Positions 12,395 to 26,839 of a stretch of 64,000 nt of DNA are shown in pieces. Every line of letters begins with the position of its first letter. Position 1 is the first letter of the stretch. Origin of the DNA: Gnetum montanum (taxonomy: Eukaryota; Plantae; Gnetophyta). The translations under genes were made by a program, and so were the position numbers. Location: NCBI GenBank assembly GCA_015680685.1, contig MNCI01003248.1, positions 62,001 through 126,000 of the forward strand. The letters are read 5' to 3'. The notes beneath the pieces are model-generated. The model was not told where the DNA came from and did no database searches. It saw only the letters and a program-made list of their open reading frames with translations.

Positions 12395-13297
12395 TGATGA
12401 GCAGTGAGTATACCTATGCTCAACCATACGAATCACTAGCATTCACTCAGCAATTCGGTCGAATTCTAAAGACATTAGGTTTTTAAGTACATTGCTTCTA
12501 GGAGGTGAAACTAATTGTTGCAATTGTTGTCTTCCTAGTTCCACTTGTGAAGTTCAAGGGTATGGTTAAGTGTAACTGAGATATATGATTTTTATCATTT
12601 TATCTATTTTATGAATTAAGTTGCCTAAGAATCAAGAATAAAGGATAAAGAATTTAATTACTAAATTAATTTAACAATTAGCTAACTCTTAACTAATCCT
12701 AACATAAGCATATGTTCCCACTTGTTGTACACATCATGAACATGTATAACACTACTGAGTTACCAAACATTAAGTGTTATTGGGATTACCAAGCATTAGA
12801 TGTATGCTTGAAGTGGTTGTACTTATGTGTGCTGTTTAATCTATATTAATTAATTAATTACTTAAAAAAATTAAAGGAAATTGAATGCATAAGTAAACAA
12901 TTAATCTAGTCCAAGTGCTACAAGGTTTATCAGAAAAGCTCATCTTTATTGTTGCACACACTGAAGTGCTCAGGTACAATAGTGCTTGAATAAAGATTTN
13001 GCACACACTGAAGTGCTCAGGTACAATAGTGCTTGAATAAAGATTTGTACACTTTTTAACTACTATTGCGGGCACTCAGAAAATATTCTAACTTTTGAGT
13101 GGAAAAATTGCTAGAGCTTCATTACAACTATGAGACTTATACCAAAAATGCAGCGGAAGGCACACATTCATAGGTGGAAATAGGGTACCCCATCGACAAG
13201 TACACATCAATGGGTCAAACCTTATGTTGAAGGGATCACATTGATGAGGTCACATCGACAGCATCTTGTCGACGTGGACAAACCATGTGACTCATCA
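12395..13297 (-). mobile_element. 3' LTR of Athila-like element A
   Basis: TGATGAG...CTCATCA terminal inverted repeats; PPT (minus GTGGGGGTA) at 13298-13306. Confidence 0.85.
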
Positions 13298-13526
13298 TAC
13301 CCCCACAAATGAATGAAAACTCATCCTCGAGTTATTTACAAAATTTGGGAAGGTATGGGATTATTGACATACAAAACAAACACACAAACAACACAACAAA
13401 AAATTGAGTTACCAAGAGTACAGTTTACAATCATTTAAAATTTTGGTGTTTAGAACAACAAAATTGAACACTAGGAGAAAACTAACAAACATAATTCCTC
13501 TGATGGCATGAACACAATGAAGAAGA

Positions 13527-16316
13527 TTAAACAGTCCTACGCGATGAAATCTCCGAAGGTTTCGAAGAACCTTCTCCTACTTTGGGCACACATGGTGGTT
13601 GAGGTAGTTGTGATTGTCTTGTGACAGTTGCAACTTTTGGCAAAAGACAGAAGGCATCCAACAGTGCCTTTATCTTCTCCTCCTTACTTTGAGGATCATT
13701 CACAGTCCATGTTGCATGACCAATGTGGGCTAGAATGGGAATATCCCACGGACAAGGCATTATAGGGAACAACTCCACATTTACGAATTAGGCAACAAAC
13801 TATTTGCATTCATTGTTGAATGCTTTGAGTGCATCTACAACTCATGGTAATTGTTTATCCTTTTGGCTAGGTTTTCACTTATTGATTGTTGATCAGTGAA
13901 CTTCGCCTTGAGAACCTCGAGTTCTGCATTTGCAATCTCAAGCTTTTGCTTGGTGTCTTTATGGTGCTTGAACTTTGCCTCATACAACAAGTACGAGTTG
14001 GCAACTTGTTTTCCAATTCATACTATGGTCTTCTGGCAATTTGCATTACTAGGTTTATGTACCAAAGATTAGCAAGCTTCATGTACTCTATCATCTCCTT
14101 GATCTACAACTCCTTCATGTAAATTTTTGTCTTGTTGTATGCATTCAGCCCATGAAAGATAGGTTGCCAAACATCACCTCCTTGTTGAGGCTACTGGAGG
14201 ACCCCATTCACTTTTGCCTTTACTAATTGGATATGTTTCTCATTAACTTCTTTCTATAGGCCAACCTAATCTTTGTAATGGTTCTTGACTCTCTTAAATT
14301 TGAGAGCATCATTCTTCCAGGCAATTATCTCTATTGTAGATTTTTGGTGAAGGGCATAGACTTCCTCCATGGAGAGGTTTCTATTTTTTGCTATTAATCT
14401 CCTTAATTCATTGTTCACACTAGCTAATTACTCTTGCTATTAATGGACAAAATATTCCTTTTGTTGCTTCTACACATCAACATTTCGTAGGCAATGATTT
14501 TCTATGATTAAGATCTCATTCTCTTGATGAGTTTGAACTAAGTCCTTTTGGATGTCTTACGTTGTGGCATTAACTAAGGACTAGTCAAAGACTATTGACT
14601 CCTTGGCATCCTCAACCTCTTTGAGTCTTTTCTAAAGCTATTGGAAAGCTTCACTGTGTGTGATTGCTTGGTTGAGAAACACAAGATCATCAAGGTAGGC
14701 TCTTAAATTAGTAGCTTCCATAGCTAAGCGTTGGTTTTGTGATATGGCTATTTCAAGTTGTCCTTTCAAGATAATGCATTTGCCCCTTACTTCAAGTATA
14801 TTTGACTGGGTTATAGTGATGGTATCTGAAAGATCAAAGACATCCAAAATTGGTTGACCGGTTCCCACTATTTGATCTAGCAATTTCTCATGCTGGGTTG
14901 CACTCAATCTGTTGCTAACGGTTCCTGTGGACATTTGCACATATCTATGTGTAGAAATGTCTAGAATAGACAACATAGGTGCATTCAATGCTTTAATAAT
15001 TTTGTTAGTAACTACTTCAGCTATTTTCTCCTGCCCATGGTGTTACATCATCAAGATGGATGCCTCCTCACCCTCCTCCAGATGCACTGAAAAGGTAGCA
15101 GTGTTCCTAGAGATGTCTGGGAGTTGCTACTATTGCGAGAGAGATACTGTTACCTCTTGGGCACTAGGATTTAACCTTGTGCACACTTGCATTCTTTGGG
15201 TTGAGGAAACTGCCTCCCCACCTTCCATCTGACTTATAGCTTGGGCTACTTCATTGAGGTGGTTCATTGCTGGTTGGTACATAGATGGGTCACCACCACT
15301 CGTTCTTGCTTACCACTGCTACTGTTGCAAGAGCTACTCTCGAAGTTCACACATGCACTCAAGGACAGTGATGGACTCCAGCGTTGTTTCATGAGTGGCT
15401 AGTGAAGGTGGTTGTTATTGCTCTTCTTCTTGAATGACTTTGGTAGATACCTTGTCCTTTATCATTTTTTTCCAAGAGGTAGTTAGAGCATGTCGAACAT
15501 CATCATTTGTGTAGTGTGTTATGCCTCCCCTCTTGCATAACTTTTGATGAGACACGGAAAAGGGAGTGTCTTCCTTCCATGTTCATTCTCTTTGAAGTAT
15601 TTTTCTATCTCTAGATAGATCAGCTGTGAAAGGTTGACTAGGAATTTACTGCTTAGAGTGGCACACGCCTATGCAGAGAAGGTTATGATCTTGCTTGGCC
15701 TCACCAATGGATTGAGGTGAAAGGTTGCAATCTTGTAATATACATGTTCCACCATGGTGAGTGCACCAAACTCCTTATGGTCAACTCCATAACACCGATA
15801 CATCCATTCTTTCTTGACACTAGGATCTGCTTGCATTAGAATCTTTGCAAGATTTACCCCAGTTTTTAGTAACCCAAGCCTGTTAATTGTTCCAAAATAG
15901 GTACATCTCTCCCATGCACCACTCCACACTAGAAGTGATGGTGGGCTACATGGGAGATTCATGTAATTGTGCTTGGACTTCTAGAGGCACAAACTCAAGA
16001 AAGATCCAAAGTTAAACTCTTGAAGCATGGATTTATAGACCTCCTTGTTTGGAATTTGCTTGAGGCAAGCCTCCATCAAGGTGACCTCAAGGTTCGATCT
16101 TGGTTTGGATGCCTTATCTCAATGAGATTATTTTGTCGTGGCCACTTCAAGAATTTGTTAGATAGATTCCACTTCTGACACCTCCTGAAGAGGTCCTGTT
16201 GCATGGGTCTCTGCTTCTTGCACATGGGGCTATTCTTGGCCCCTTCTAGATCATGGTCATTTGTCCCTTGGTTGGGATGGTTCTTTCTCTTGCATGTGCT
16301 TTTCCTTAGGTGCCAT
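13527..16316 (-). pseudogene. Degenerate extra sense ORF 3' of pol in element A (Athila env-like position, coiled-coil-like C-terminus)
   Basis: Starts ATG GCA CCT AAG (MAPKEKH...) at 16316; collinear ORF remnants 15669-15962, 14638-14988, 13527-13778 between integrase and PPT; many stops. Confidence 0.6.
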
Positions 16317-18469
16317 ATGTGATCATAACATAACTAAGGATTAACATATAATGTGTAACTTATAACCTTTAAGTACCTTATCTCGTTGAACAGTTACACT
16401 TAGGCTAAGTTATGACTAGGGTAGATTGATTATTTTGATATTAATTTAATATTATTTCATTTTTAATGTTACTAGAGCTTGTTGGAAGGGTTTAACTTTA
16501 AAAAAAATTGATGTTTTAAAGTTAGTTCCTTAGTTAAACCGTCGTGGAAGTTAAAATAAATTTCCAAAAATTTTCTATCAAAAACTTAAGGTTTATGGCC
16601 TGCATGACAAAGAGCTAAGCTTTGGTAGCTATAGAATTGAAGAATAGAGTGAATTGGATAAACAGTTAGGAAGTTGTTGCTCTTGGAAGGTTCTGGGCTC
16701 TGAAAAGCTCAAAAACTTCCCCCTTGTTTTGGCTCAAATGTGAAAATTTGCTAAGCATTCATGCATATTTATAAACTTTTTATGCTGTGTTGATGGGGTC
16801 TCATATACACAGTTAGCTCTATAAATGGGCTTCCATTGATGGAGTTGTTGGAGAAAAGTTTTCACTTTGAATATTTCAAAAAATACAAGGAGTTTAAGCA
16901 TGAATTTGGGGTCTTGGAGAGCCAAAAAAGCTATGAACACAAATGAAAAGCATGAAGAGGGCTTATTAATGCACAAAAAGAAGATATTTGATTGGGAGAA
17001 TGAAATTTTGATGGAGAAAAATGCCATTAAGGAGCGCACAGTTGGATGCAACTGATGGGGGATGTGGAAGATTTGATTGCCAAAATGCCTAAGAATAAGG
17101 TACTTAATAAGCCCAACTAAGAGAGATGTAAGTGGGTCCTCCCCATAGTAGGTTCATGCACTTTTTGCCCTTGCATATCCTCAAATTAGGAGTCCATGGA
17201 CCCCACAGTTGATTAATGGTTATGAAAAGTTAAGGACCTAATTCGGAAGAATCTACCTAATAATTTTAACATATCAAACTAAGACATTAAACAAGACATG
17301 GAAAATCAGCAATGAGGTGAATGGCAGGAAGCATTGGTGGAAGAAAGAGAAAAATTGAAATTGAGTTCCATCTCATGGTCACATGAAGTCCCTTGTGGAT
17401 TCGATGGTTAAATGACCTAATAAAGTCCATCCTTAGTTAGATCAAAACCAACCACTTTTTAGTGACTTTGCATTGACACTCTAAGACTAGTTTGCCCCCT
17501 TCAAGACATAGGAATGCTCCCATAGATCAATCACTATTCCTTATTTAAGAAGAAAAGAGAAGTAAGAAGTGAGAAAGGGCCTTACTTAGAGGGGACCTTC
17601 AGGCATGGGCAACATGTCTTTCTAGTTCCATAACTAGTGCTTGTAGCTCATTATTTTATCTAAGGGGTATGCTTTGAATTTTCATTATTTTTTTGGAATT
17701 TTATGTTTTTATAGATTTTTGGATGGGAACCACACCATGCAAAGACTTAAATTCTTGTTATTGGTCTATAGTGGAACTATAAGAAATCCATGAAAGCACT
17801 CATGCACTCAAGTGAGTAAAAAAGAACAAAGAGCATTGAGTCCCCTTAAATTCATACCCTTATCAATCCATTCAATCTTTCCTAAGTTTGGAAACTACTA
17901 AGGTTACAAGTTCGTTAAAGTTTCACTAATGAAAAAGGGACCTCAAATTTTCAAAACTGGGAACACCATAGATTGTTGTGGATGGGTGGATGATGTAGAT
18001 TCACTGCCTATTCCATGAAAAAGAAACTTTGTCTTGGTTATTAATATCAAACATCAAAAATAGAAACTAGACATTAATAATAAAAAACATTAATTATAAA
18101 TCACCATTAGTAAACAACTACAACATCAATGTGTCTTGTTGGCAATAAAGCAATTTATTAGAAAACATAAGAAAAATGCATACCAAAATAAAGTAAAATA
18201 TAAAAGAAATTGTAAAATATTCAACAAAGATAAAACATACTAACGATGTTGTAAAACAAAAATGTGAAAAATAACAAAGTGTAAAAACAAAAAGGTGTAA
18301 AATCAAAGAAAGTGTAAAATAAAAAAGTGTAAATCAAAAAGCACAAAAATTGAAGAGCCACTTGATTAGTTAGCATGGATGGCCATCTCCCCCATGATTG
18401 AGTTGAAAAGAGGAAATTTGAAAGATTGAGCATGATCATCCATCTGATGACGTGTTGCTTGAACTAGCT

Positions 18470-20204
18470 CACTTAGACTCATGGAAAGGTTTTATTTGCT
18501 ACATGTTGACCAGTTATTTATTATTTGGGCTCTTAGGTTTGTAGATCAACATGGCCCCAAAAGGAAAGGTTTCATAGATGATATAGGGCCCTTCCCACAA
18601 TGTTTGGAACTTAGTTCGTTATGGCACATGTGTGGGATTCTAGTAAAGGACCTTATATCTAGGTTAAAATTTTACTTTTCTTATTATAAGGTCATGGTTT
18701 TTTTTGTTGAATGCTTTGTGCACTTCATTCAAGGACAAGACCACCAATCAATTCTCATCTAGCATTTTAAGGTTGATCAATCTTTCTTTTTGTGCAAGGA
18801 TAAGGTCAATATCAAGGTCATAGGCTATTGATAGTCTATGGAGCTTGGATTGAATAGGAAGAGTTGGTAATTTCCTATACACTAGCTCATAGGGAGAATA
18901 GCCTATAGGGAGTTTCCAGGTTGAGCATTAAGCCCAAAGGGCATCATTGAGTTTTGTGCTCCAGTCTCTCCTATATGTGCTAAATATTCTTGTTAGGATC
19001 TTTGTGATATCCCTATTAGTAACCTTAGCTTGATCATTGGCTTGGGGGTGGTAAGGTGTTGTTAATTTATGTTTGACCCCTAGGCATTACATGAGCTTTT
19101 GAAAGGTGGTGCTTGTAAAATGAGTACCATTGTCAGAAATTGGTGCACATGGCACCCCAAACCTATTTATAACATTCTATTGTACAAATTGAGTAGTAGT
19201 AGAAGATGTAGAATTGGTGATGGGTGATGCTTTTGCCCATTTTGTACAATAGTCAATAGTGACTCTGATGTACATATTTCTATTTGACATGGGTGTGATG
19301 GGATCCATAAAGTCTATGCCCTAGATGTTAAAGGATTCTAGTGGTTGGATCCACTATTGAGGCTCCTCCATTTACATAGTCATCCCACTAATGTGTTGAT
19401 AGTGTTCATAAGAGCGTACAAAGTTGTAAGTGTCCCTAAAGAGTGTTGGCCAATAATACCCTACTATTAGGATCTTAATGGTTGTGCATCTCCCAGCATA
19501 GTGGCCCCCACAAGGGCCCTCATGAGTGTCCTGGAGAATGCATATTTGGTTAGCATTAGGAACACACCAATGAACCAGGCCATTGGCACACACCTTGTAA
19601 AAGTGTCTATTAATATCTATGAAGTGTTTGGCCTGATGAAGAAACTATTGTTTATTTGTAAAGTCTAACTCTTTCGGTGTTTCCTGAGTGAGAAGATAAG
19701 TGAGGATATCATCATACCACTTAGGTTTAGTGGGCACTTATTCATTTATCGCACTAGCAAAGAGGAGTTCATTAGAAAACTAATCAGAAAGTGGGCTTTC
19801 CTTCTCTTTGTTGTTCCATCACAACTGAGACAAGTGGTCGGCAACCACATTCTCAGTTAACTTTCGATCTACCATTATAAGATCAAAGTCCTAAAAGATC
19901 AGAAGCCACCATATGACATGAGGGCTCATCATTGATTTGTTCATCACAAAGTGGATTGCACTATGGTCTATGTGCACAAACACATTGTATTGAAGCACAT
20001 GATGCTTGAACTTCTCTAAGGCATACACCACTACCATCAACTCTTTCTCTATTATGGTGTAGAGTAGTTGTGCACCCGCAATGCTTTGGCTCACATAGTG
20101 GATGTAGTATGGATGTTTTTGATTATCCAACCAAGTGAGCATGCCTTCTAAGGCATAGTTCAATGCAACAATCATATTGTGAGATAGTCAGAACCAGTTA
20201 GGTA
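18470..20204 (-). pseudogene. Element A pol: RNase H and integrase (degenerate)
   Basis: YTIIEKELMVVVYALEKF (RH); HEGPCGGHYAG...GYYWPTLFRD (HHCC zinc region); GIDFMDP, ISDNGTHF, YHPQAN integrase core. Confidence 0.9.
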
Positions 20205-22147
20205 TGTTGCGACTGAAAATCTCAATTTCTAGAATGATAACCAAAAATCCTCAGCATAGGCAGTTTCTCAATCCTAAAACCCTAGGGGCTTTGCAATGAA
20301 AATGGGATTTAGGGCACCCTTGCTAGTTTAGCAGATCAATTAGGGACTTGAGTAATGAAAAACATGAAAATATAAATAGATCTGGATAATGCACAAATAA
20401 TAACTTTAATTCTATTGAACACAAAACTTAAAACTTAAAACTTTATTGGGAAGAGAATAAAGAATAAGTTAGAGAAATGTGTACAAAAAATGGTGCCTGG
20501 ATAAGCAAAAAGAAGGTCCACTTGTACAAGAGTTCAAAGCTCATTGAAGCTGAGATGATTTGCACCATGATTCGAATGCCAAGCCACTCTTGATGCTATA
20601 GGACCTTCCTTCATTGTTGCAACATTGGATCTACAATTTCAAGGCCTTAATGCTTCCATGATGGGGTTTAAGAGACTACAAGTGTAGGAACTTGCAAGAG
20701 CTCTTAAGTGCCTAAAATTGCCCCAGGCGTGGAGTCGTGTGCATGTAAATTATTGTTGAAAATTGCTTATAAGTGTTGAATTTTGGCTAAAAATGCTAAA
20801 TGTCCTTCCAAAAATTTTAAACCAATTGCTCTCTGGTTGCTTAAAATTGTTGAAAAATGCTAAATGTGAGAGAAATTTCTGGAACATGTAAGTGGTGTTG
20901 GAGTTTGTCTTTTATAGAGTTTTTGGGCCATGAATGGGCTGCAAATTGGCTATGATTGGACTACAAAATGGCTGCAAATTTGATGTAATTTTACAATGAA
21001 TTGGCTGCCAAATTCAGGTGAAATGGGCACCCAAATTTGGAGGGTTACTAAAAATAGTAAGTGCTTCCCCCATGGCCATTCGTTTACTAAAAATAGTAAC
21101 CGAGGTACCCCTTCCATGCTGGAAATGAATCTTCCACATTGAGCTCTCCACCATGCTTGTCAAAGTGGCTAGTTAATGTTGAAGTGCATGACTTGATGAA
21201 TTTTGCTTCTTATGGTTTCGACGTTGGGGGTTTGAGTCTTCTACCTTGGGGGAAACTTTCTAGGCTTGGAGGGGGGAGGTGGGGGGAAGGAGTGAGAGAG
21301 AGAGAGAGAGAGAGAGAGGAGGAACTTTTCAGGCTAGGNNNNNNNNNNNNNNNNNNNNNNNNNNNNNNNNNNNNNNNNNNNNNNNNNNNNNNNNNNNNNN
21401 NNNNNNNNNNNNNNNNNNNNNNNNNNNNNNNNNNNNNNNNNNNNNNNNNNNNNNNNNNNNNNNNNNNNNNNNNNNNNNNNNNNNNNNNNNNNNNNNNNNN
21501 NNNNNNNNNNNNNNNNNNNNNNNNNNNNNNNNNNNNNNNNNNNNNNNNNNNNNNNNNNNNNNNNNNNNNNNNNNNNNNNNNNNNNNNNNNNNNNNNNNNN
21601 NNNNNNNNNNNNNNNNNNNNNNNNNNNNNNNNNNNNNNNNNNNNNNNNNNNNNNNNNNNNNNNNNNNNNNNNNNNNNNNNNNNNNNNNNNNNNNNNNNNN
21701 NNNNNNNNNNNNNNNNNNNNNNNNNNNNNNNNNNNNNNNNNNNNNNNNNNNNNNNNNNNNNNNNNNNNNNNNNNNNNNGGGGGGGGAGTTTTCAAACCCC
21801 ACATCCTTCCATGTTGGGGGTAGGTGAGATCTACCCCCCTGCATGTGCTTTTAGCATAGAAAATTGTCTACCCCCCATAAAACCCATTAAACTACCTATT
21901 TTGGCACTCCAGAAGGCATTTTGACCCCCTAAGCCCAAATATAGATACTAGGTGATGTTTTTGACTTGGGGAATAAGGCTTTGATCACTTATGAGGCATT
22001 TTTTAGCCCCAAAAGTATAAAGTATGTGAAATTGCCTATTGTGGATTATAATTTTCACATTTACAATGAAGTTTTTCCTTAGGTTCCATGGGGTGAAAGC
22101 TACATGACAAAGATTGGTTATAACATGCAAAGTTTTGTGGTGTTTTA
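20205..22147 (-). repeat. 3' LTR of element B (contains (GA)n and an N gap)
   Basis: TGTTGCGACTGAAAA...GTGGTGTTTTA; direct repeat of 58480-60112; PPT (minus AAAGAGGGGCCAT) at 22148-22160. Confidence 0.9.
21339..21778. other. Assembly gap (other gaps at 11117-11187 and 57809-57901)
   Basis: Runs of N. Confidence 0.98.
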
Positions 22148-22427
22148 ATGGCCCCTCTTTGTTGATGTTTGGAGGATTGACTTGAGAGGCACTGACAAAG
22201 AATACAAAACACCACTGCATCTTATAACATTATAATGCATAAAGGCTATATGAGAAGTAGGCTATCCAAGTCATTAATGTTGCTAGTTTAAGGTTGCGGT
22301 GGGCCATGGTACCAGTTTAAGGCCATGGTAGTCCTTGTTGCCAGTTTAAGGTCGTAGCAGATCATGTTGCTAGTTTAAGGTTGTAGTGGACCATTAAAAG
22401 TAGGTTTTCTTGTTGATGATCCATTAG

Positions 22428-25400
22428 CTACATGCAGTATGGATTTAGATAGGAATGATCGAGCATATTGACCAGCTCATTGCTATCCATGTTAGTTATT
22501 TTAAATGCTCCATTTCCATAGGCTTTGGTGACAAGGAAGGCCCCTTTCTAGTTGGTTGAGAATTTGTCCGCATGCTCACAGATGACCTTGAGGATGAAGG
22601 TCCTCCTCCTTGATCTTGGGCATGATTAGGTTATGGTGATGTTGGTGCTTCTGCCTCTCTTGATAGTGCTCGATGTGAGCAAGCACTTACATATACCAGC
22701 TCATTGCCATCCATGTTAGTTATTTTAAATGCTCCATTTCCATAGGCTTTGGTGACAAGGAAGGCCCCTTTCTAGTTGGTTGAGAATTTGTTCGCATGCT
22801 CACAGATGACCTTGAGGATGAAGGTCCTCCTCCTTGATCTTGGGCATGATTAGGTATGGTGATGTTGGTGCTTCTGCCTCTCTTGATAGTGCTCGATGTG
22901 AGCAAGCACTTACATATACCACTCTTCCATTGAATCTAGCACTACTATTTGTAATTCCTTACTTTGCTCATCATTGATGAAGTCGGTCAAGGCTACTTGG
23001 AGCAATGGTACCTACAATTTAAGAGGTGAAATAGCTTCAAAACCATAAATAAATAAGGTAATAAGAGGTCATGTTGGTTGCTGTGTAATAGGTTGTTCTA
23101 TATGCCCATAGTGCATGGACAAGCCACTCATGCCACTTTCGCTTGTTGTTGTTGAGCATCTTCTTGAGCAAGTTGATGATGGCCTTGTTGCTTGCTTGTT
23201 CTTGTCCATTGGCTTAAGGGTAGTAAGGTGATGAGAGAGAATGCTTAATGCCTAGGTTGTGACAAAAATCCTTGGTTTCTTGGCTATTGAATTGAGGTCC
23301 ATTGTTTATAACTATGGTTATGGGTATGCCAAAATGAGCTACAATGTTGTTCAGGATAAACTTACAAACTTGTTCAGATGTGGTCTTCCTTAGGGGAATA
23401 GCTTCAACCCACTTGGTAAAGTATTTAGTTGTAGTGATGATGAAGCTATGCCCTATGGTGATTTAGGCATTATGGGTCCAACGATATCCAACCCCCATCA
23501 TTGAAATGGCCATGTTATCTATGTCGTATGCAATTCAATTGGTGATACATGTATTAAGTTACTATATCATTAGCATGTGTTGCATCGCTTAACCTTTTGC
23601 AGGTAGTCACTTTCCATATGGCGCCAATAGTACCCTAACAATTGAATCTTAGCAGCCATGGCTCTAGGTCCTATATGTCCACCACAAATACCCTCATGAA
23701 CCTCCTCTAGGATTGTTTTGGCTTTTATATTGCCTAAGTAGTTTAGGAGTATGCCATCATAGGACCATCAACATAATGTGTTATCACCCATGATGACATA
23801 TTGCTTTGACTGCTTACATATGGTATCTTTTTAAGAAGTAGTAAGGCCCTGTGAGGATTCACCATGAATAAGGTAAAATTTGATATTGTCATACCACTCC
23901 TTAGAAGGGGCAGTATGAATGATGACCACAAAGGTATCCTCAATGTTTTGGATGATGGAAGTAGTGCAGTTCATAGTTAAGGTGGGTAACTTGCAAAACA
24001 CATAAAGTGTCACACTCAGGGCTAATGTTGCAATTGCGTTAGCTATGGAATTTTCATTTTGAGGTATGTGTTGCATATCAATGTTTATGAATTATTATAA
24101 CAATTGCTTTCCTAGGTCACAGTAAGGTTGTAAGTGCTTAGCTTTGCATGCATAGACTTTGGTTACTTGGTTAACTACAAGTTGTGAATCATCTTTGATG
24201 GCTAGGCATCTAATTCCAAGGTCATGAGCTACCATCATGCCTCTAATGAAACCCTAATATTCTGCTATGTTGTTGATACACAAGAACCCAAAACGATAGG
24301 CAAAAGCTTGGATTTCACCAAATGGGAATGTTATGATGGCAGCGACATTGGCCCCATGGGTAGTTGAAGCTTTGTCGAAGTTCATGACTACCTCATAACC
24401 CTTGGGCACTTGGCTAATTGTGTTAATGTGTTCATTAGGGAACTCAGGATCTATGGCTGCTTGGTCATCAACAAGCAAAACTATGAGTTGTACAACTATA
24501 GCTTGACCTTTTGTTGAGGACTGAGAGATATAATGGATGTTGAACTTTATGGTTATGGCTTTTCATTGGGCTATATAGATACTTTTGTAGATGCTGGTCA
24601 TTATGGCTTTGAGTATGTTGTCCTTGCAAATTACAGTGAGTTGGCTTATAAAGAGGTAGTGTCTTCATTTCTTCAAAGAGAAGACTAGTGCTAGACAATG
24701 CTTCTCCACTTTAGTGTATCAGGTTTTGTGGGCTACTAACGCATGGCTAAGGTAGTGCATAGGCATTTCTACTCTATCATCACATTTCTGATAGAGTAGA
24801 GAGGTAATGGATGTATCAGAGATGGCAAGATAAATGTAAAATGGTTTAACCTCTTGTGGAGGATAGGCCATTGGCAGTTGTGTCAAATCTTGCTTAAGGT
24901 TTTCAAAGGATTCTGGGCATTGAGCCATCCACTCATAGTCAACTCCTTTCTTAAGAAAGTGGTGCATGGGCTGTAACTTATTTGTAAGTCTAGCGATAAA
25001 CCTATGAATAAACTATAGTATACTTTGTAATCCTTGAAGCTCTTTAAGGTTGGTAGGTGTTGCCAATTTGGACATGACCTTAACCTTATCAGGATCTACA
25101 TGTATCCCTGCCTTAGAGACTACAAAGCCAAGCATCTTATCTATCTTGACACTAAAGATACACTTATTGGGATTGAGCCTAAGCTCATATTTAAAGCATC
25201 ATTTAAGTAGCAGATCTAGGTCATTGGCATGGTCATTGGCTATCTTAGACTTCATAACTATGTCATCTACGTAATCATTAAGTAAACCTAACATGTAATT
25301 GTTGAGGATATAGGTCAAGGCTCTCTGGTATGTTACTCTGGCATTTTTGAGGCTAAAGGGCATCATGGTATAACAAAAAGTACCCCATGGGGTCGTAAAG

Positions 25401-26179
25401 GTTGTGCTGAGCTGGTGCTCAAGGTTGATACTAATTTGGTTATATCTTGAGAATCCATCCATAAAGGACAACAAGGCATGTCTAGTTGTAGTATTGATAA
25501 GTTGATTAATACTAGGCAAAGGAAAATCATCCTTGATGGTGGCTTTATTTAGGTCTTGAAAATCAATGCAAGTACAGATACTTCCATTTTTCTTAAGGAC
25601 TACCACTATGTTGGATACCCATTCTGCATAATCAATAGTCCTAATGAAACCTTCTCGGTAGATTTTTGACATTTCATTACGAACTACCAAGGCCAAATTA
25701 GGTCTAATCTTGTGCACTTTTTACTTAACTAGTCTAATGCTAGGATCTAGTATGATATTGTGCTAGACTAGACGTGGGTCTAAGCCTAGCATATCTTCAT
25801 ATGACCAGTCAAATGTTTTAATGTTGTTTTGTAAGACTTTAGTCATATCTTGGGCACATTGAGGCTCTAATGAGGAACTTAATTTAAGGGTTTTCTCCTC
25901 ACCATTGTGTGTTGCAATAGGAACCTCAACTAAAGGGTCTTTAGTTATGTCTCCTGCTTCTAAGTCAAGGGTTTTGGCTAGGTGTTCAAGCCATTCTAGA
26001 GGTTTCTCTATTGAGGCTGTGTGGTCTATAAGACTCTTAGGTTTAATATCTAGGTAATCAAAGTCAATACACTATTTAATATCACCATGAGGCTCATGTA
26101 GGCATAAAGGCAAACTGATTTGCTCCCAGGTACTCATACTTTGATCCTGTACATCAACCAAAAGCATATTAAGTGACAC
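22428..26179 (-). pseudogene. Element B pol: RT, RNase H, archaeal-type RNase H (aRH), integrase (degenerate)
   Basis: KDDFPLPSINQL, FMDGFSRYNQI, NDYVDDIV; aRH MNFDKAS...NNIAEY...DDSQLVVNQV; VHEGICGGH...GYYW integrase. Confidence 0.92.
22471..22920. repeat. Near-identical 224-bp tandem duplication of the integrase C-terminus of B
   Basis: Units start ACCAGCTCATTG at 22471 and 22695; about three differences. Confidence 0.9.
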
Positions 26180-26839
26180 CTATTTAAAAGTGAATAAATA
26201 ATGTTAATATGCCATAAAACATATGCAAATCTAATGCAATCAAGGCCATCCAATGGCATTAATGAGATGAGGTCAATTTGAAAAAGTGAAATAGAGGCGA
26301 ACAAGGGTTACAGAAAGGTCAAATAAGGGGAAATATAAGGAATAAGGCTACAGATGATTAATAAAGGCCACAGTTTTGCTAGTTTTAGGCCTTAGTGGGT
26401 TGTGATGCTAGTTTATAGTCTTAGTGGACTATGATGCTAGTTTAAGGCCTTAGCGGGCCATGGTCATATGGTGTCAAACGATGGTCAGGGAAGGTCAAAC
26501 CCCACTATTTGATACCATTTAAAGGCTATAAAAGGGTAAATAGAGCTATAATAAGATAACCAAAGAACATATAGAGCTATATAGAGGCCATAGAAGGTCA
26601 ACCATGTTCATAAGGTAATATAAGTCTAAAAAACAAGCCAAAACATTACATAATAAGTCAAAAATCAAGCAAAATAGGCCATATATGATAAAATTTGGTT
26701 AATATAGGCCAAAATGGCTAGGTTTTTGCTAGCTTTAGGCATTAGTGGGCCATGTTTGGAGGCTATAGGACTATTAACTAAGTTCAGGCATTAATCTGGG
26801 CTATTTTTGGATCGTCCAAACCCAAAAATCAAGTTTTTT

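Noticed and set aside
12954-13046. 46-bp exact duplication around a single N
   Set aside because: The same ~46-bp overlap-plus-N pattern occurs at 55420-55513; contig-join artefact.
21139-21924. Long ORFs of 156-261 aa
   Set aside because: They are open only because they run through the N gap in the B LTR.
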